A DNA stretch of 64,000 nucleotides, taken from positions 27,464 through 91,463 of the forward strand of contig JAEYOW010000050.1 of NCBI GenBank assembly GCA_023411375.1. Direction: 5' to 3'. Made by a program: the position numbers and the translations under genes. This stretch comes from Bacillota bacterium. Lineage in GTDB: Bacteria > Bacillota > Clostridia > Christensenellales > Aristaeellaceae. Below, piece after piece: positions 7,598 through 15,552 of the stretch; the stretch's first letter is position 1, and every line of letters begins with the position of its first letter. Under the pieces are notes generated by a model, which had not been told where the DNA came from, searched no databases, and saw nothing but the letters and a program-made list of their open reading frames with translations.

Positions 7598-8524
7598 ATG
7601 ACCGTTCCGGCGCAGGACACCCTTGCTTGGGAGGCGCTGGACGCGCAGGAGGCACAAAAGGTACAGGCCAGACTGGGGCGGCTGCTTGCCCGGCACGTTG
7701 CGCGCTATACCATGGGGGATAGCTCGTCCATTCCGATGGAGACCGCTCAGGAACTGCTCGCTTCCATCTGCTACACGCTGAATGCCGCATTGGCGGAAAA
7801 TGATGATGGGCCGCGCGGGCTGCTTGCGGGAGAGGGTCTGGAAGAACTTTTTGCAAAGGGATATGAAGTGCTGGAGCGGCATGTGCGGGAAGGACAAAAG
7901 CTTTGGATTGCCTCGCTGGAAGGGATGCCGGCCATCGAAAGCCGTTCCCTTCATGATACGCTCAGGGGGATAGGTTCCTTCTTTGACCGGTATGACCTTC
8001 GGTTTTTCGCGCACGAAATCCCCTGTGACCATATCGACTACCAGCTTTGCCGGCCAGTGCCGGATACGCTTTTGGGCATTGCGTACGTGAACGAATACCT
8101 GCGCCGGGTCATTGTGGAAAACAGCGTGCTGGGCGCGTTTCGCCCCGAACTTGCCGCCGGGCTGCTCAAAGGCTATTGCCCGGACTACGAAGATCTGCTG
8201 GTCAATCTTTGCGAGCCTGTGGCGGCCTGTGCGATCGGGCTGGTGCTGGCCGGCGGCGAGCCGTTTTCACTCAATCTGACGGACATGCAAAGGCGGTTGC
8301 TCATGGAACGGCTTGCGGATATGGACGGGGATAGGGCGCGGACCGTTCTGGCATGCGCTGCCCGGCGTTTCTGCGGGCTGGCGGGTATTGCGGACGCGTT
8401 TGCCCAAAGTTATCTAGAACGCGTCGCGCGCGACCTGTATCCGCGTATCCGGGCGGCGCTGTCCACCGGCAGCCTGGAGGGAATTTTTCAAACGTTACCA
8501 ATGGAAGGAGCGGAACGATCATGA
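7598..8524 (+). CDS. Uncharacterized conserved protein, ~309 aa (318 aa if it starts at the GTG at 7571 overlapping the upstream stop)
   Basis: Long ORF with no recognized domain. Cys motifs HEIPCDHIDYQLC and GYCPDYEDLLVNLCEPVAAC. Its stop overlaps the next gene's ATG (ATGA at 8521-8524). Confidence 0.6.
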   Translation: MTVPAQDTLAWEALDAQEAQKVQARLGRLLARHVARYTMGDSSSIPMETAQELLASICYTLNAALAENDDGPRGLLAGEGLEELFAKGYEVLERHVREGQKLWIASLEGMPAIESRSLHDTLRGIGSFFDRYDLRFFAHEIPCDHIDYQLCRPVPDTLLGIAYVNEYLRRVIVENSVLGAFRPELAAGLLKGYCPDYEDLLVNLCEPVAACAIGLVLAGGEPFSLNLTDMQRRLLMERLADMDGDRARTVLACAARRFCGLAGIADAFAQSYLERVARDLYPRIRAALSTGSLEGIFQTLPMEGAERS

Positions 8525-8949
8525 ATATTTTGATCAGCGCATGCCTGCTGGGCGTGCGTTGCCGGTACGATGGCGGGGGAAAGGCAATTGGGCGCCTGAA
8601 TGAACTGATGCAAAAGCATACGCTGATCCCCGTATGCCCCGAGGTGTTCGGAGGCCTGCCCACGCCCAGGGAGCCTTCAGAAATCAGGGGCGGACGCGTC
8701 CTGTCAAGGAGCGGTCGGGACGTTACGGAGAACTTCAGGCGCGGTGCGGACGAAGCGCTTGGCCTGGCACGGCTTTATCACTGTGAATGCGCCTTGCTCA
8801 AGGAAAGAAGCCCGTCGTGCGGCTATGGCCGGATCTATGACGGAAGCTTTACAGGCGGGCTTTGCAAGGGCGAGGGCGTATGCGCGGCGCTGCTTGCCCA
8901 AAACGGCGTGGTGGTTTTGGGCGAGTCGCGCGTGGCGGAGCTTCTATAA
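8521..8949 (+). CDS. DUF523 / TudS-like [4Fe-4S] protein (thiouracil desulfidase family)
   Basis: MNILISACLLGVRCRYDGGGK...LIPVCPEVFGGLPTPREP...LLKERSPSCGYGRIYDGSF shows the Cys pattern typical of DUF523. SD GGAAGGAG lies 9 nt upstream of the ATG at 8521. Confidence 0.7.
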   Translation: MNILISACLLGVRCRYDGGGKAIGRLNELMQKHTLIPVCPEVFGGLPTPREPSEIRGGRVLSRSGRDVTENFRRGADEALGLARLYHCECALLKERSPSCGYGRIYDGSFTGGLCKGEGVCAALLAQNGVVVLGESRVAELL

Positions 8950-9102
8950 GCTGACGACCGGTCATTGCAACAATACGCTACCGGGTTTTATTCTTGGGTT
9001 CGGCTATTTGGGTGACCTAATGTTTTTTACCGACTCTGGCAACGCCTGCCGCTCAAAAGCTTCCACGGACCCTTGCGTCATGGCGTTTATATGCCGGCAT
9101 AC

Positions 9103-9135
9103 AAAAAGACCGCGCCATTTAGCGCGGCCTTTTTG
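9103..9135. terminator. Bidirectional intrinsic terminator
   Basis: aaaaaGACCGCGCC-attta-GCGCGGCC-ttttt between the convergent DUF523 gene (+) and the SH3b gene (-). Confidence 0.7.
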
Positions 9136-9148
9136 TGGAAAACCCAAA

Positions 9149-10105
9149 TTACTTTACAACGGTGAAGAAGTAACGGCTCACGTAGCCTTCCACGCCGTCG
9201 ATCTCAGCCTTGCACCAGACGTCGCCCACGGAGGTCACCTTGATTTCGGTGCCGACGGGGTACGCCTTGATGATGGAACTGTTCAGACCAGGGGCGGTGC
9301 GGAAGTTCACAATGCGGTTGCCGTTGGGGTTCACGAGCTTGGCCGTGAAGGGAGCCTCAGGCAACGTGCTGGAACCGTTGTCACCGGAGCCGGCGGTTAC
9401 CTTGATGAACTTCTTCATCATGTAGCCGTTCTTGCCGCCGACCGTCACCTTGTAGAAGCTGCCGCTCTCGCCGCGCAGCGTCACATCGGTGCCGTTCTTG
9501 AAATAGCCGATTACGCGGGCATCGGTGCTGGGGGTCTCACGGAGGAGAAGCACCTGGTTCGCGCCGGGGTTGTTGACAACGCCCTGCTTGGGATAGCCCG
9601 TGGTGGAGTCGCCGCCATTGCCGCCGCCCTGCGAGGAGGAGCTCAGGTAACGGCTGTTCATGTAGCCGAGCTGCTCGCCGATCTGCACCTTGTACCAGCC
9701 GTTGCCGCGCAGCAGGACGGTTACCGCCGTGCCGGTCTTATAGCTGGTAATGATGTTACCTTCCAGGGAAGGCTGATCGCGCAGGTTGAGGCCGGCGCCG
9801 GTGTTGGTGCGCACATAAAGCGTGCTGTCGGAAGACGAGGAGGAGAGGTACTTGTTCATCACATAACCTTCCTTGCCGTCAACCTTCACCTTGTGCCATT
9901 CGGCGCCTTCCTCAGTGACGGTCATCCAGGTGCCGGTGGGATACTGCCCGAGCACTTCGCTGGTCAGCGAAGGCTCCTTGCGCAGGTTGAGCGATCCGCC
10001 CTTGACCACCATCATGGTCTCGGCCAGGGATACCAGGGGCAGCGCCAACACCAGCAGCAGGGCGAACACCCGGAGGCATCTTTTGTATAGATGGGTCTTT
10101 TGCAT
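9149..10105 (-). CDS. Secreted protein with four tandem bacterial SH3 (SH3b/SH3_3) domains
   Basis: Signal peptide MQKTHLYKRCLRVFALLLVLALPLVSLA, then four ~70-aa repeats each ending ...G(W/F)YKV...GY(V/M). ATG at 10105 with AGGAGG immediately upstream. The opposing 448-aa + ORF is a low-complexity antisense artifact. Confidence 0.8.
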   Translation of the reverse strand: MQKTHLYKRCLRVFALLLVLALPLVSLAETMMVVKGGSLNLRKEPSLTSEVLGQYPTGTWMTVTEEGAEWHKVKVDGKEGYVMNKYLSSSSSDSTLYVRTNTGAGLNLRDQPSLEGNIITSYKTGTAVTVLLRGNGWYKVQIGEQLGYMNSRYLSSSSQGGGNGGDSTTGYPKQGVVNNPGANQVLLLRETPSTDARVIGYFKNGTDVTLRGESGSFYKVTVGGKNGYMMKKFIKVTAGSGDNGSSTLPEAPFTAKLVNPNGNRIVNFRTAPGLNSSIIKAYPVGTEIKVTSVGDVWCKAEIDGVEGYVSRYFFTVVK

Positions 10106-10313
10106 AAGGGGATACCTCCTTTTTGATATTGGCAAGGGGTTTCCCCTCGCCGTTCTCCCATCAGACGAATGGGGAAGGGCTTCCCTTGCGGAACTCCAAT
10201 CAATATTCTGGCTAATTGATGGTCATAATGGAACAACATGGTAGATAAATGGAAAATATAGTGGGCTTTCACACTGGAAAACATCGAAAAATCATACAAT
10301 TCAAAATCTGAGG

Positions 10314-10943
10314 ATGGATGAATTTGGCAGGCTTTTTCCGCGAAAATTGGGGGATAAAATCGGCCGCTTGCCGGTTTTGGTAAGCATTGTTTGCGGCTTG
10401 GCACGGTTGACGGGGCAAGCTAGCGGTACGCCGATGGACAGGGAGGGTGCGACGGTGCTGACGAGTCTGCAAAGAATGGTTGGGTTGCCCGTGGTATGGC
10501 AGGACCGGCAAATCGGCTGTGTGGAACGCGCCGTGCCGAACGCGGGCGCAAGAAAACTCAGCGGCGTGGTGATCCGCCGCGGGCTTGGCAGCGCAAAGTG
10601 GGTCGCGCCGGACGCCATCGTCATGGTGGGCGAGCGGTGCGTGCTGATCAACCGCAAGCCGGGCCACATGCCGGATGGAAAGGAATGCTCGCTGTCGCGG
10701 GCGTTTCTGACAACGGGCGAGTGCGTTGGCGAGGTGACGGACGCGGTGATTGCCGGCGCGACGCTCAGGCTTGTTGCGCTGGAGGTAAGCGGAGGACCGA
10801 TCTACCGTCTGCTCGGGCGGCGCGGCTACGCGGCGGACTACCGTGTTCGCGGCGCGGAAGGTAAGGCGGGTGAGGTGGTTGTGCCCAAGCTGTTGACATG
10901 GGCGGAGCTGGAGAGGTTGCTTGGAGAGGAGGACGACGGATGA
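10314..10943 (+). CDS. PRC-barrel domain protein (YlmC/YmxH-like fold, duplicated)
   Basis: LQRMVGLPVVWQDRQIGCVERAV...VIRRG...WVAPDAIVMVGERCVLI is PRC-barrel like, and a second partial repeat follows. The start is uncertain; the ATG at 10434 is the alternative. Confidence 0.5.
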   Translation: MDEFGRLFPRKLGDKIGRLPVLVSIVCGLARLTGQASGTPMDREGATVLTSLQRMVGLPVVWQDRQIGCVERAVPNAGARKLSGVVIRRGLGSAKWVAPDAIVMVGERCVLINRKPGHMPDGKECSLSRAFLTTGECVGEVTDAVIAGATLRLVALEVSGGPIYRLLGRRGYAADYRVRGAEGKAGEVVVPKLLTWAELERLLGEEDDG

Positions 10944-11083
10944 GCATGCTGAAAACCGCTATGGCGGGGGCGATTGGCTTTGCGGTTGGCGCGAGCGCCA
11001 TGCTGCTGCCTGGCAATCAGAAGATGAAGCGTCAGGCGCAAAAGCAGGTGGATAAGCTGATAAAAATGTCGAAAATGTGGTAA
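10940..11083 (+). CDS. Small (47 aa) single-helix membrane peptide
   Basis: MSMLKTAMAGAIGFAVGASAMLLPGNQKMKRQAQKQVDKLIKMSKMW. The ATG overlaps the upstream stop (ATGA) and has SD GGAGAGGAGG 8 nt upstream. Confidence 0.4.
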   Translation: MSMLKTAMAGAIGFAVGASAMLLPGNQKMKRQAQKQVDKLIKMSKMW

Positions 11084-11100
11084 TGCCGGTGGCGAGCAAG

Positions 11101-11134
11101 GCGCGGGGAAAATTCCCCGCCCTTTCCCGCTTTC
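11101..11134 (+). terminator. Hairpin GCGGGGAA-aatt-CCCCGC followed by a CCTTTCCCGCTTTC U-rich tract
   Basis: Directly downstream of the small peptide gene. Confidence 0.4.
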
Positions 11135-11261
11135 TAGTATAGCCGGGAGGATGGGGCATTAGCCCCGACAGGCGACCGAAATTTAACGTTTGCGCCGAAA
11201 AATTCGTATAGCCTTGACGCGGTGGCAAGCCGAGCCAGGGCCGACAAGGAGGAAGCAAACC

Positions 11262-12311
11262 ATGCAGGCCAAGGAGAGAAGTCAACCGCGCCTGCGCTGG
11301 CAGATCGTTGCGGCAGTGGCGGCGGCGGCTGTGCTGATATGGGCGCGGGAACTGCTGTGGCAGGCCATATTACAGCTCTTTTTTGGGTTGCTCGTCGCCA
11401 TGGCAGCCCTGCCGGTGATGAGGCTTCTGGAAAAAAAGCTATCGCCCGGCCTGGCGGCTTCGCTTGCAATGATGAGCCTAAGTCTTTCCTTAATTCTATC
11501 GCTTCTGCTGCTAATCCCTCCGATTATGGCGCAGGGCAAGCAGCTGGTGGGTATGCTGCCGGCACTGTACGCGCGCATAGACGAATGGGTTGGATTGGGC
11601 CAGGCATGGCTGGTGGAAAATGGCGTTCCTGTGGATGAAGGGATGAAATCCTCACTGTTTGAAAAAGGGCAGGAGCTTCTTTCAGGCGCGGCGCCGTCGG
11701 TGATGGCATGGGTGAGGGGCGCGGCCGGCAGCGTTGGCAAATGGATGCTGGCGCCCGTCTTTGCCTACTATTTTCTGCGAGACCGAAAAAGGATTGGGGA
11801 GTGGCTTTTGATGCTGGTCCCCATCAGCAAGCGGGGTCTTACCATTAAGCTGCTACGGGAAATGCGAAGGGAAACAGCCGGCTATCTGCGCGGCCAGCTG
11901 ATGGTATCCGCCGTGGTGGGCGGCCTTACGGCGGTCGGCCTGCTGTTTTGCGGCGTACCGGCTTGGCTGCTGCTGGGTCTGCTCATGGGAGTCTTGGAGC
12001 TTATTCCATATGTGGGTCCATTTCTTGGCGGCGTCATCGTCGTTCTTTTTTCACTGCAAGGCGGCTTGTCGCGCACCCTGTGGGCCCTGGGTGTGGTGAT
12101 TCTGGTTCAGCAGCTGGAGGGCGGTATGCTGTCTCCTCAGCTGATGAGCGACGCGACGCGCCTGCATCCGGTGGCTGTTTTGCTGTGTGTGATGATTGGC
12201 GGCGCGGCGGGCGGGATGGGCGGCATTTTGCTGTCGGTACCGCTTCTGCTGTGCATGCGCGCGGCGCTCAGGGTAATCGGCCTTTACCACGCGCAGGAAG
12301 GGAAAACATAA
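11262..12311 (+). CDS. AI-2E family transporter (PerM/YhhT/TqsA-like)
   Basis: Eight TM helices and the conserved ...[21 protein letters not shown]... region. ATG at 11262 with AAGGAGGAAG upstream. Confidence 0.85.
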   Translation: MQAKERSQPRLRWQIVAAVAAAAVLIWARELLWQAILQLFFGLLVAMAALPVMRLLEKKLSPGLAASLAMMSLSLSLILSLLLLIPPIMAQGKQLVGMLPALYARIDEWVGLGQAWLVENGVPVDEGMKSSLFEKGQELLSGAAPSVMAWVRGAAGSVGKWMLAPVFAYYFLRDRKRIGEWLLMLVPISKRGLTIKLLREMRRETAGYLRGQLMVSAVVGGLTAVGLLFCGVPAWLLLGLLMGVLELIPYVGPFLGGVIVVLFSLQGGLSRTLWALGVVILVQQLEGGMLSPQLMSDATRLHPVAVLLCVMIGGAAGGMGGILLSVPLLLCMRAALRVIGLYHAQEGKT

Positions 12312-12361
12312 GCGGTTTTTGCATGAATGCGGTTTCCCTGCCGGCTAATCCCAATAAACGC

Positions 12362-12390
12362 TTTGCAAAGTATAATATTTGGTGTATAAT
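12362..12390 (+). promoter_or_regulatory. sigmaA promoter TTTGCA-17-TGTATAAT for ireB-ruvX-DUF1292-GNAT
   Basis: Read directly at 12362-12390. Confidence 0.5.
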
Positions 12391-12424
12391 ATTATCTGTA
12401 TCACCTCAAGGGAGGGACGCACCC

Positions 12425-12685
12425 ATGACGGAAATGAACGGAACGACGAAGTTTTCGCCCATTGTGGAAGGAGATCGCGACGCCAGCGCGATTCTTTCGC
12501 ATGTTTACCGCGCGCTGCAAGCCAAGGGATATGACCCCGTCACCCAACTGGTAGGGTATCTCATTTCGGGCGACCCAACGTATATTACCAGCTACGGCCA
12601 GGCGCGCAGCATGATTTGCCGTCTGGAGCGCGACGAGATCATGGAGGAGCTCGTGCGGGTCTACCTGCAGGGGCTTGACGGCTGA
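12425..12685 (+). CDS. ireB: IreB/UPF0297 (YrzL-like) regulatory phosphoprotein
   Basis: 86-aa protein [56 protein letters not shown]...; the UPF0297 family conventionally precedes ruvX. Its stop overlaps the ruvX ATG. Confidence 0.8.
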   Translation: MTEMNGTTKFSPIVEGDRDASAILSHVYRALQAKGYDPVTQLVGYLISGDPTYITSYGQARSMICRLERDEIMEELVRVYLQGLDG

Positions 12686-13110
12686 TGGCCGAAGAAGCGG
12701 GACGGATTATCGCGCTGGATGTGGGGGATGTGCGCATCGGCGTGGCAGTGAGCGACCCCGCGGGAATCATCGCGCAGCCGGTGGAGGTTTACAAGCGCGT
12801 GGGGTATACGCCTGACTGCAAATACGTACTGAGCCTTTGCCAGCGGTTTGACACCCGGCGCGTGCTTCTTGGCCTGCCGTTGAACATGGATGGAACCAGG
12901 GGCGCGCAGGCTCAAAAGGCATTGGATTTTGGCGGCGTGTTGGAAAACGCGGGCCTCCGGGTATACTATCAGGACGAGCGCATGACCACCATGACGGCCG
13001 AGGACGTGCTTATCAGCGGGAATGTGCGCCGTGAGGACCGCAGACGCTATGTCGACAAGGTGGCTGCGACTGTCATATTGGAACAATGGCTGGCCTCGGG
13101 CGGCAAATAA
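12685..13110 (+). CDS. ruvX: Holliday junction resolvase-like RNase RuvX (YqgF)
   Basis: IIALDVGDVRIGVAVSDPAGIIAQP...LPLNMDGT...MTTMTAE; RNase H-fold YqgF signature. Confidence 0.9.
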   Translation: MAEEAGRIIALDVGDVRIGVAVSDPAGIIAQPVEVYKRVGYTPDCKYVLSLCQRFDTRRVLLGLPLNMDGTRGAQAQKALDFGGVLENAGLRVYYQDERMTTMTAEDVLISGNVRREDRRRYVDKVAATVILEQWLASGGK

Positions 13111-13137
13111 TCCCCGGCCGGCGGAAAGAGGAACGAC

Positions 13138-13464
13138 ATGGAAGACGGCAATCTGGTGCAGCTTCAGGATGAAAACGGAAAAGACGTGAATTTTGAGCAT
13201 CTTATGACGGTTGAGCATGAGGGCTCCTATTATGTGGTGCTTGAAGCCACGGAGGATATGGACGACTGCAAGGAAGGCGAAGCCATCATCCTCAAAATTG
13301 TGCGCGACGAAAAGAGCGGCGAGGATGTTTACGCCACCATCGAGGACGAGGCGGAGTTTAACACCGTGTTTGACAAATGCATGGCCGCCATGGAAGAGGA
13401 AGAGGAAGACGAGGCGGCGGCGCTGGAGCTTGAGGCTATCGACCTGGATGGGGACGAGGAGTAG
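13138..13464 (+). CDS. DUF1292 family protein (YrzB-like) with acidic tail
   Basis: LVQLQDENGKDVNFEHLMTVEHEGSYYVVLEA...; the conserved position after ruvX. Confidence 0.8.
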   Translation: MEDGNLVQLQDENGKDVNFEHLMTVEHEGSYYVVLEATEDMDDCKEGEAIILKIVRDEKSGEDVYATIEDEAEFNTVFDKCMAAMEEEEEDEAAALELEAIDLDGDEE

Positions 13465-13467
13465 GCC

Positions 13468-14019
13468 ATGCCAAGAGTAACAGGCGAGCGAGTGATGCTG
13501 CGCGAATACAGGGCGGAGGACATCGGGGATATCCGCAAGTGGGTCAACGATCCTGTGACAACCCGATATCTGTCCACCCGCTTTTGGCCTGCCCAGACCA
13601 TGGTGGACTCGGAGGAGTTTCTGAGCCGTATGCTTCAAAGCAGCCATAACGCCTATAACTTTGTTATCGCTGATTTAAAGGACGAGCGCTATATCGGTCA
13701 GCTGGATATGTTCCGGGTGGACTGGCGGCTGCGCTGCGGCGAGCTGGGTATGGTAATCGGCGATGCGGGCGACCGCGGACGCGGCATCGGCAGGGAAGCC
13801 CTGCTTCTGATGCAGGATTTTGCGTTTCGAACGCTCGGGATGGAACGGCTGGAGCTTGAGGTTCATATGGAAAACCAGGCTGCCCGGCAGTGCTATCAGA
13901 ATGCGGGCTTCTTTCTGGAGGGCGTCAAGCGCCATGCGTTTTTCAGCGAGGGCAAGTTTTGCGACGTCGGCATTCTTAGCGTATTGCGCGAAGAATATGA
14001 ACAGCAGTGCAATGCGTGA
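13468..14019 (+). CDS. GNAT family N-acetyltransferase (RimJ/RimL-like)
   Basis: VMLREYRAEDIGDIRKWVNDPVTTRYL...GMVIGDAGDRGRGIGREALLLMQDFAF; acetyl-CoA-binding motif Q/RxxGxG/A. Confidence 0.8.
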   Translation: MPRVTGERVMLREYRAEDIGDIRKWVNDPVTTRYLSTRFWPAQTMVDSEEFLSRMLQSSHNAYNFVIADLKDERYIGQLDMFRVDWRLRCGELGMVIGDAGDRGRGIGREALLLMQDFAFRTLGMERLELEVHMENQAARQCYQNAGFFLEGVKRHAFFSEGKFCDVGILSVLREEYEQQCNA

Positions 14020-14050
14020 CACCTGTGCCGGGGGCGCGGCATAAAGTGAA

Positions 14051-14090
14051 CCATCCCCGATCCCGTCGGATCGCGGGATGGCTTTGTTTT
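14051..14090 (+). terminator. Intrinsic terminator after the GNAT gene
   Basis: CCATCCCCGATCC-cgtc-GGATCGCGGGATGG followed by CTTTGTTTT. Confidence 0.7.
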
Positions 14091-14119
14091 GCCGTCGCGC
14101 CTCCATATGGCGGCAGGGA

Positions 14120-14149
14120 TTGACTTTAACCACCGCTTTCGGATAAAAT
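14120..14149 (+). promoter_or_regulatory. sigmaA promoter TTGACT-18-TAAAAT for the aspartate kinase gene
   Basis: Read directly. The leader is only ~50 nt; no L-box lysine riboswitch was found. Confidence 0.4.
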
Positions 14150-14199
14150 ATTGCTTTGCGAGGACTTTGAGCCTCCGCACGGTCGGGAGGGGAAGAACG

Positions 14200-15519
14200 A
14201 TGGGAAAGATCGTGGCGAAGTTTGGTGGCAGCTCGCTTTCAGACGCGGGCCAGTTTCGAAAGGTTCGCAGGATACTCGAAATGGATGAGCGTCGTTGCTA
14301 TGTGGTGCCCAGTGCACCCGGGCGCAGGTTTCCGGACGATGAAAAGGTGACCGATTTATTATACCGCTCTTATCGCTTGAAAAGCGAAGGTCAGGACTTT
14401 ATGCAGGCTTTTTCGCTGATCCGTCAGCGCTTTTTGGAAATTGCCGGCGAATTGAACGTTCAGGTGGATATCGGAGCGCATCTGGATATGATCGAGCGGG
14501 AAATCGACCAGGGCGCAAGCGAGGATTTCTGCGCCAGCCGCGGCGAGTATTTGAACGGCCTGCTGCTGGCTGATTATCTGGGTTATTGCTTCCTTGACCC
14601 AAAGGATTTTATCTTTTTTGCCAGTGACGGAAGCTTCGATAGCGAGCGTACCAACAGCACGCTTGCGGAGCTGCTCGCACGGACCGAAAGGGCGGTCATT
14701 CCCGGATTTTACGGCCTGGGTGCGGATGGTGGCATCCGAACCTTTTCACGCGGGGGCAGCGATGTGACGGGCGCGATCGTCGCGCGCGCGGCCTATGCCG
14801 ATATGTATGAAAACTGGACGGACGTCAACGGTTTTTTGATGGCCGATCCCCGTGTGGTACCTGATGCCAAGGCCATCCGCAACATTACCTACCGTGAGCT
14901 GCGCGAGCTGTCCTATATGGGAGCGACCGTTTTGCATGAGGACAGTGTCTTTCCCGTGCACCGCGCGGGTATTCCCACCAATATCCGCAACACCAACGAG
15001 CCCGGCGAGCGGGGCACCATGATCTCTCACGGGGCGGCTGAGGAGAAGAATCCCTTCGTTATCACCGGTATCGCGGGCAAGCTCGGCTTTAGCGTGCTAT
15101 CGGTGGAAAAGGCGATGATGAACAGCGAGCGGGGCTTTGGCCGCCGCGTATTGCAGGCCATTGAAGAAAACGGCCTGTCCTTTGAGCATCTGCCCACCGG
15201 TATAGATACCATGTGCGTGGTGCTATCCACGGCGGAGCTTGAGCCTGTGAAGGAAAAGGTCGTCAAGCGCGTTATGGAGCTGACCTCGCCTGATACGCTT
15301 ACAATCCATGATAATATGGGCATTATCGCCACGGTCGGCCGGGGCATGATCCACAACCCCGGCACGGCGGCCCGCCTGTTTTCGGCGCTAAGCCGGGAGC
15401 ACGTTAACGTGCGCATGATCGATCAGGGCAGCAGCGAGCTCAGCATTCTGGTCGGCGTGGATCATGCGGATTTTCAGGCCGCCATACGCGCCATTTACCA
15501 TGAATTTGTAAAGGACTGA
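14200..15519 (+). CDS. Aspartate kinase
   Basis: MGKIVAKFGGSSLSD... with the amino-acid-kinase fold and a C-terminal ACT region. SD GGGAGGGGAAG before the ATG at 14200. Confidence 0.9.
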   Translation: MGKIVAKFGGSSLSDAGQFRKVRRILEMDERRCYVVPSAPGRRFPDDEKVTDLLYRSYRLKSEGQDFMQAFSLIRQRFLEIAGELNVQVDIGAHLDMIEREIDQGASEDFCASRGEYLNGLLLADYLGYCFLDPKDFIFFASDGSFDSERTNSTLAELLARTERAVIPGFYGLGADGGIRTFSRGGSDVTGAIVARAAYADMYENWTDVNGFLMADPRVVPDAKAIRNITYRELRELSYMGATVLHEDSVFPVHRAGIPTNIRNTNEPGERGTMISHGAAEEKNPFVITGIAGKLGFSVLSVEKAMMNSERGFGRRVLQAIEENGLSFEHLPTGIDTMCVVLSTAELEPVKEKVVKRVMELTSPDTLTIHDNMGIIATVGRGMIHNPGTAARLFSALSREHVNVRMIDQGSSELSILVGVDHADFQAAIRAIYHEFVKD

Positions 15520-15552
15520 CCGTTCTTTTAGCAAAATGGGGAGGGCATACCA

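Noticed and set aside
8744-10090. 448-aa + strand ORF opposite the SH3b gene
   Set aside because: Low-complexity G/A/V/R-rich translation typical of the antisense frame of a GC-rich gene. The - strand gene has a signal peptide, four clean SH3b repeats and an AGGAGG SD, while the + strand ORF has none of these.
12661-13647. 328-aa - strand ORF across ruvX, the DUF1292 gene and the GNAT gene
   Set aside because: Antisense to three well-supported + strand genes with SDs and conserved motifs. No RBS or domain features.
14090-14199. Possible L-box (lysine) riboswitch upstream of the aspartate kinase gene
   Set aside because: The leader between the terminator at 14090 and the ATG at 14200 is about 110 nt, with a promoter at 14120-14149 leaving only ~50 nt of 5' UTR. 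This is far too short for a ~180-nt L-box, and no AGAGGCGC-type core was seen.
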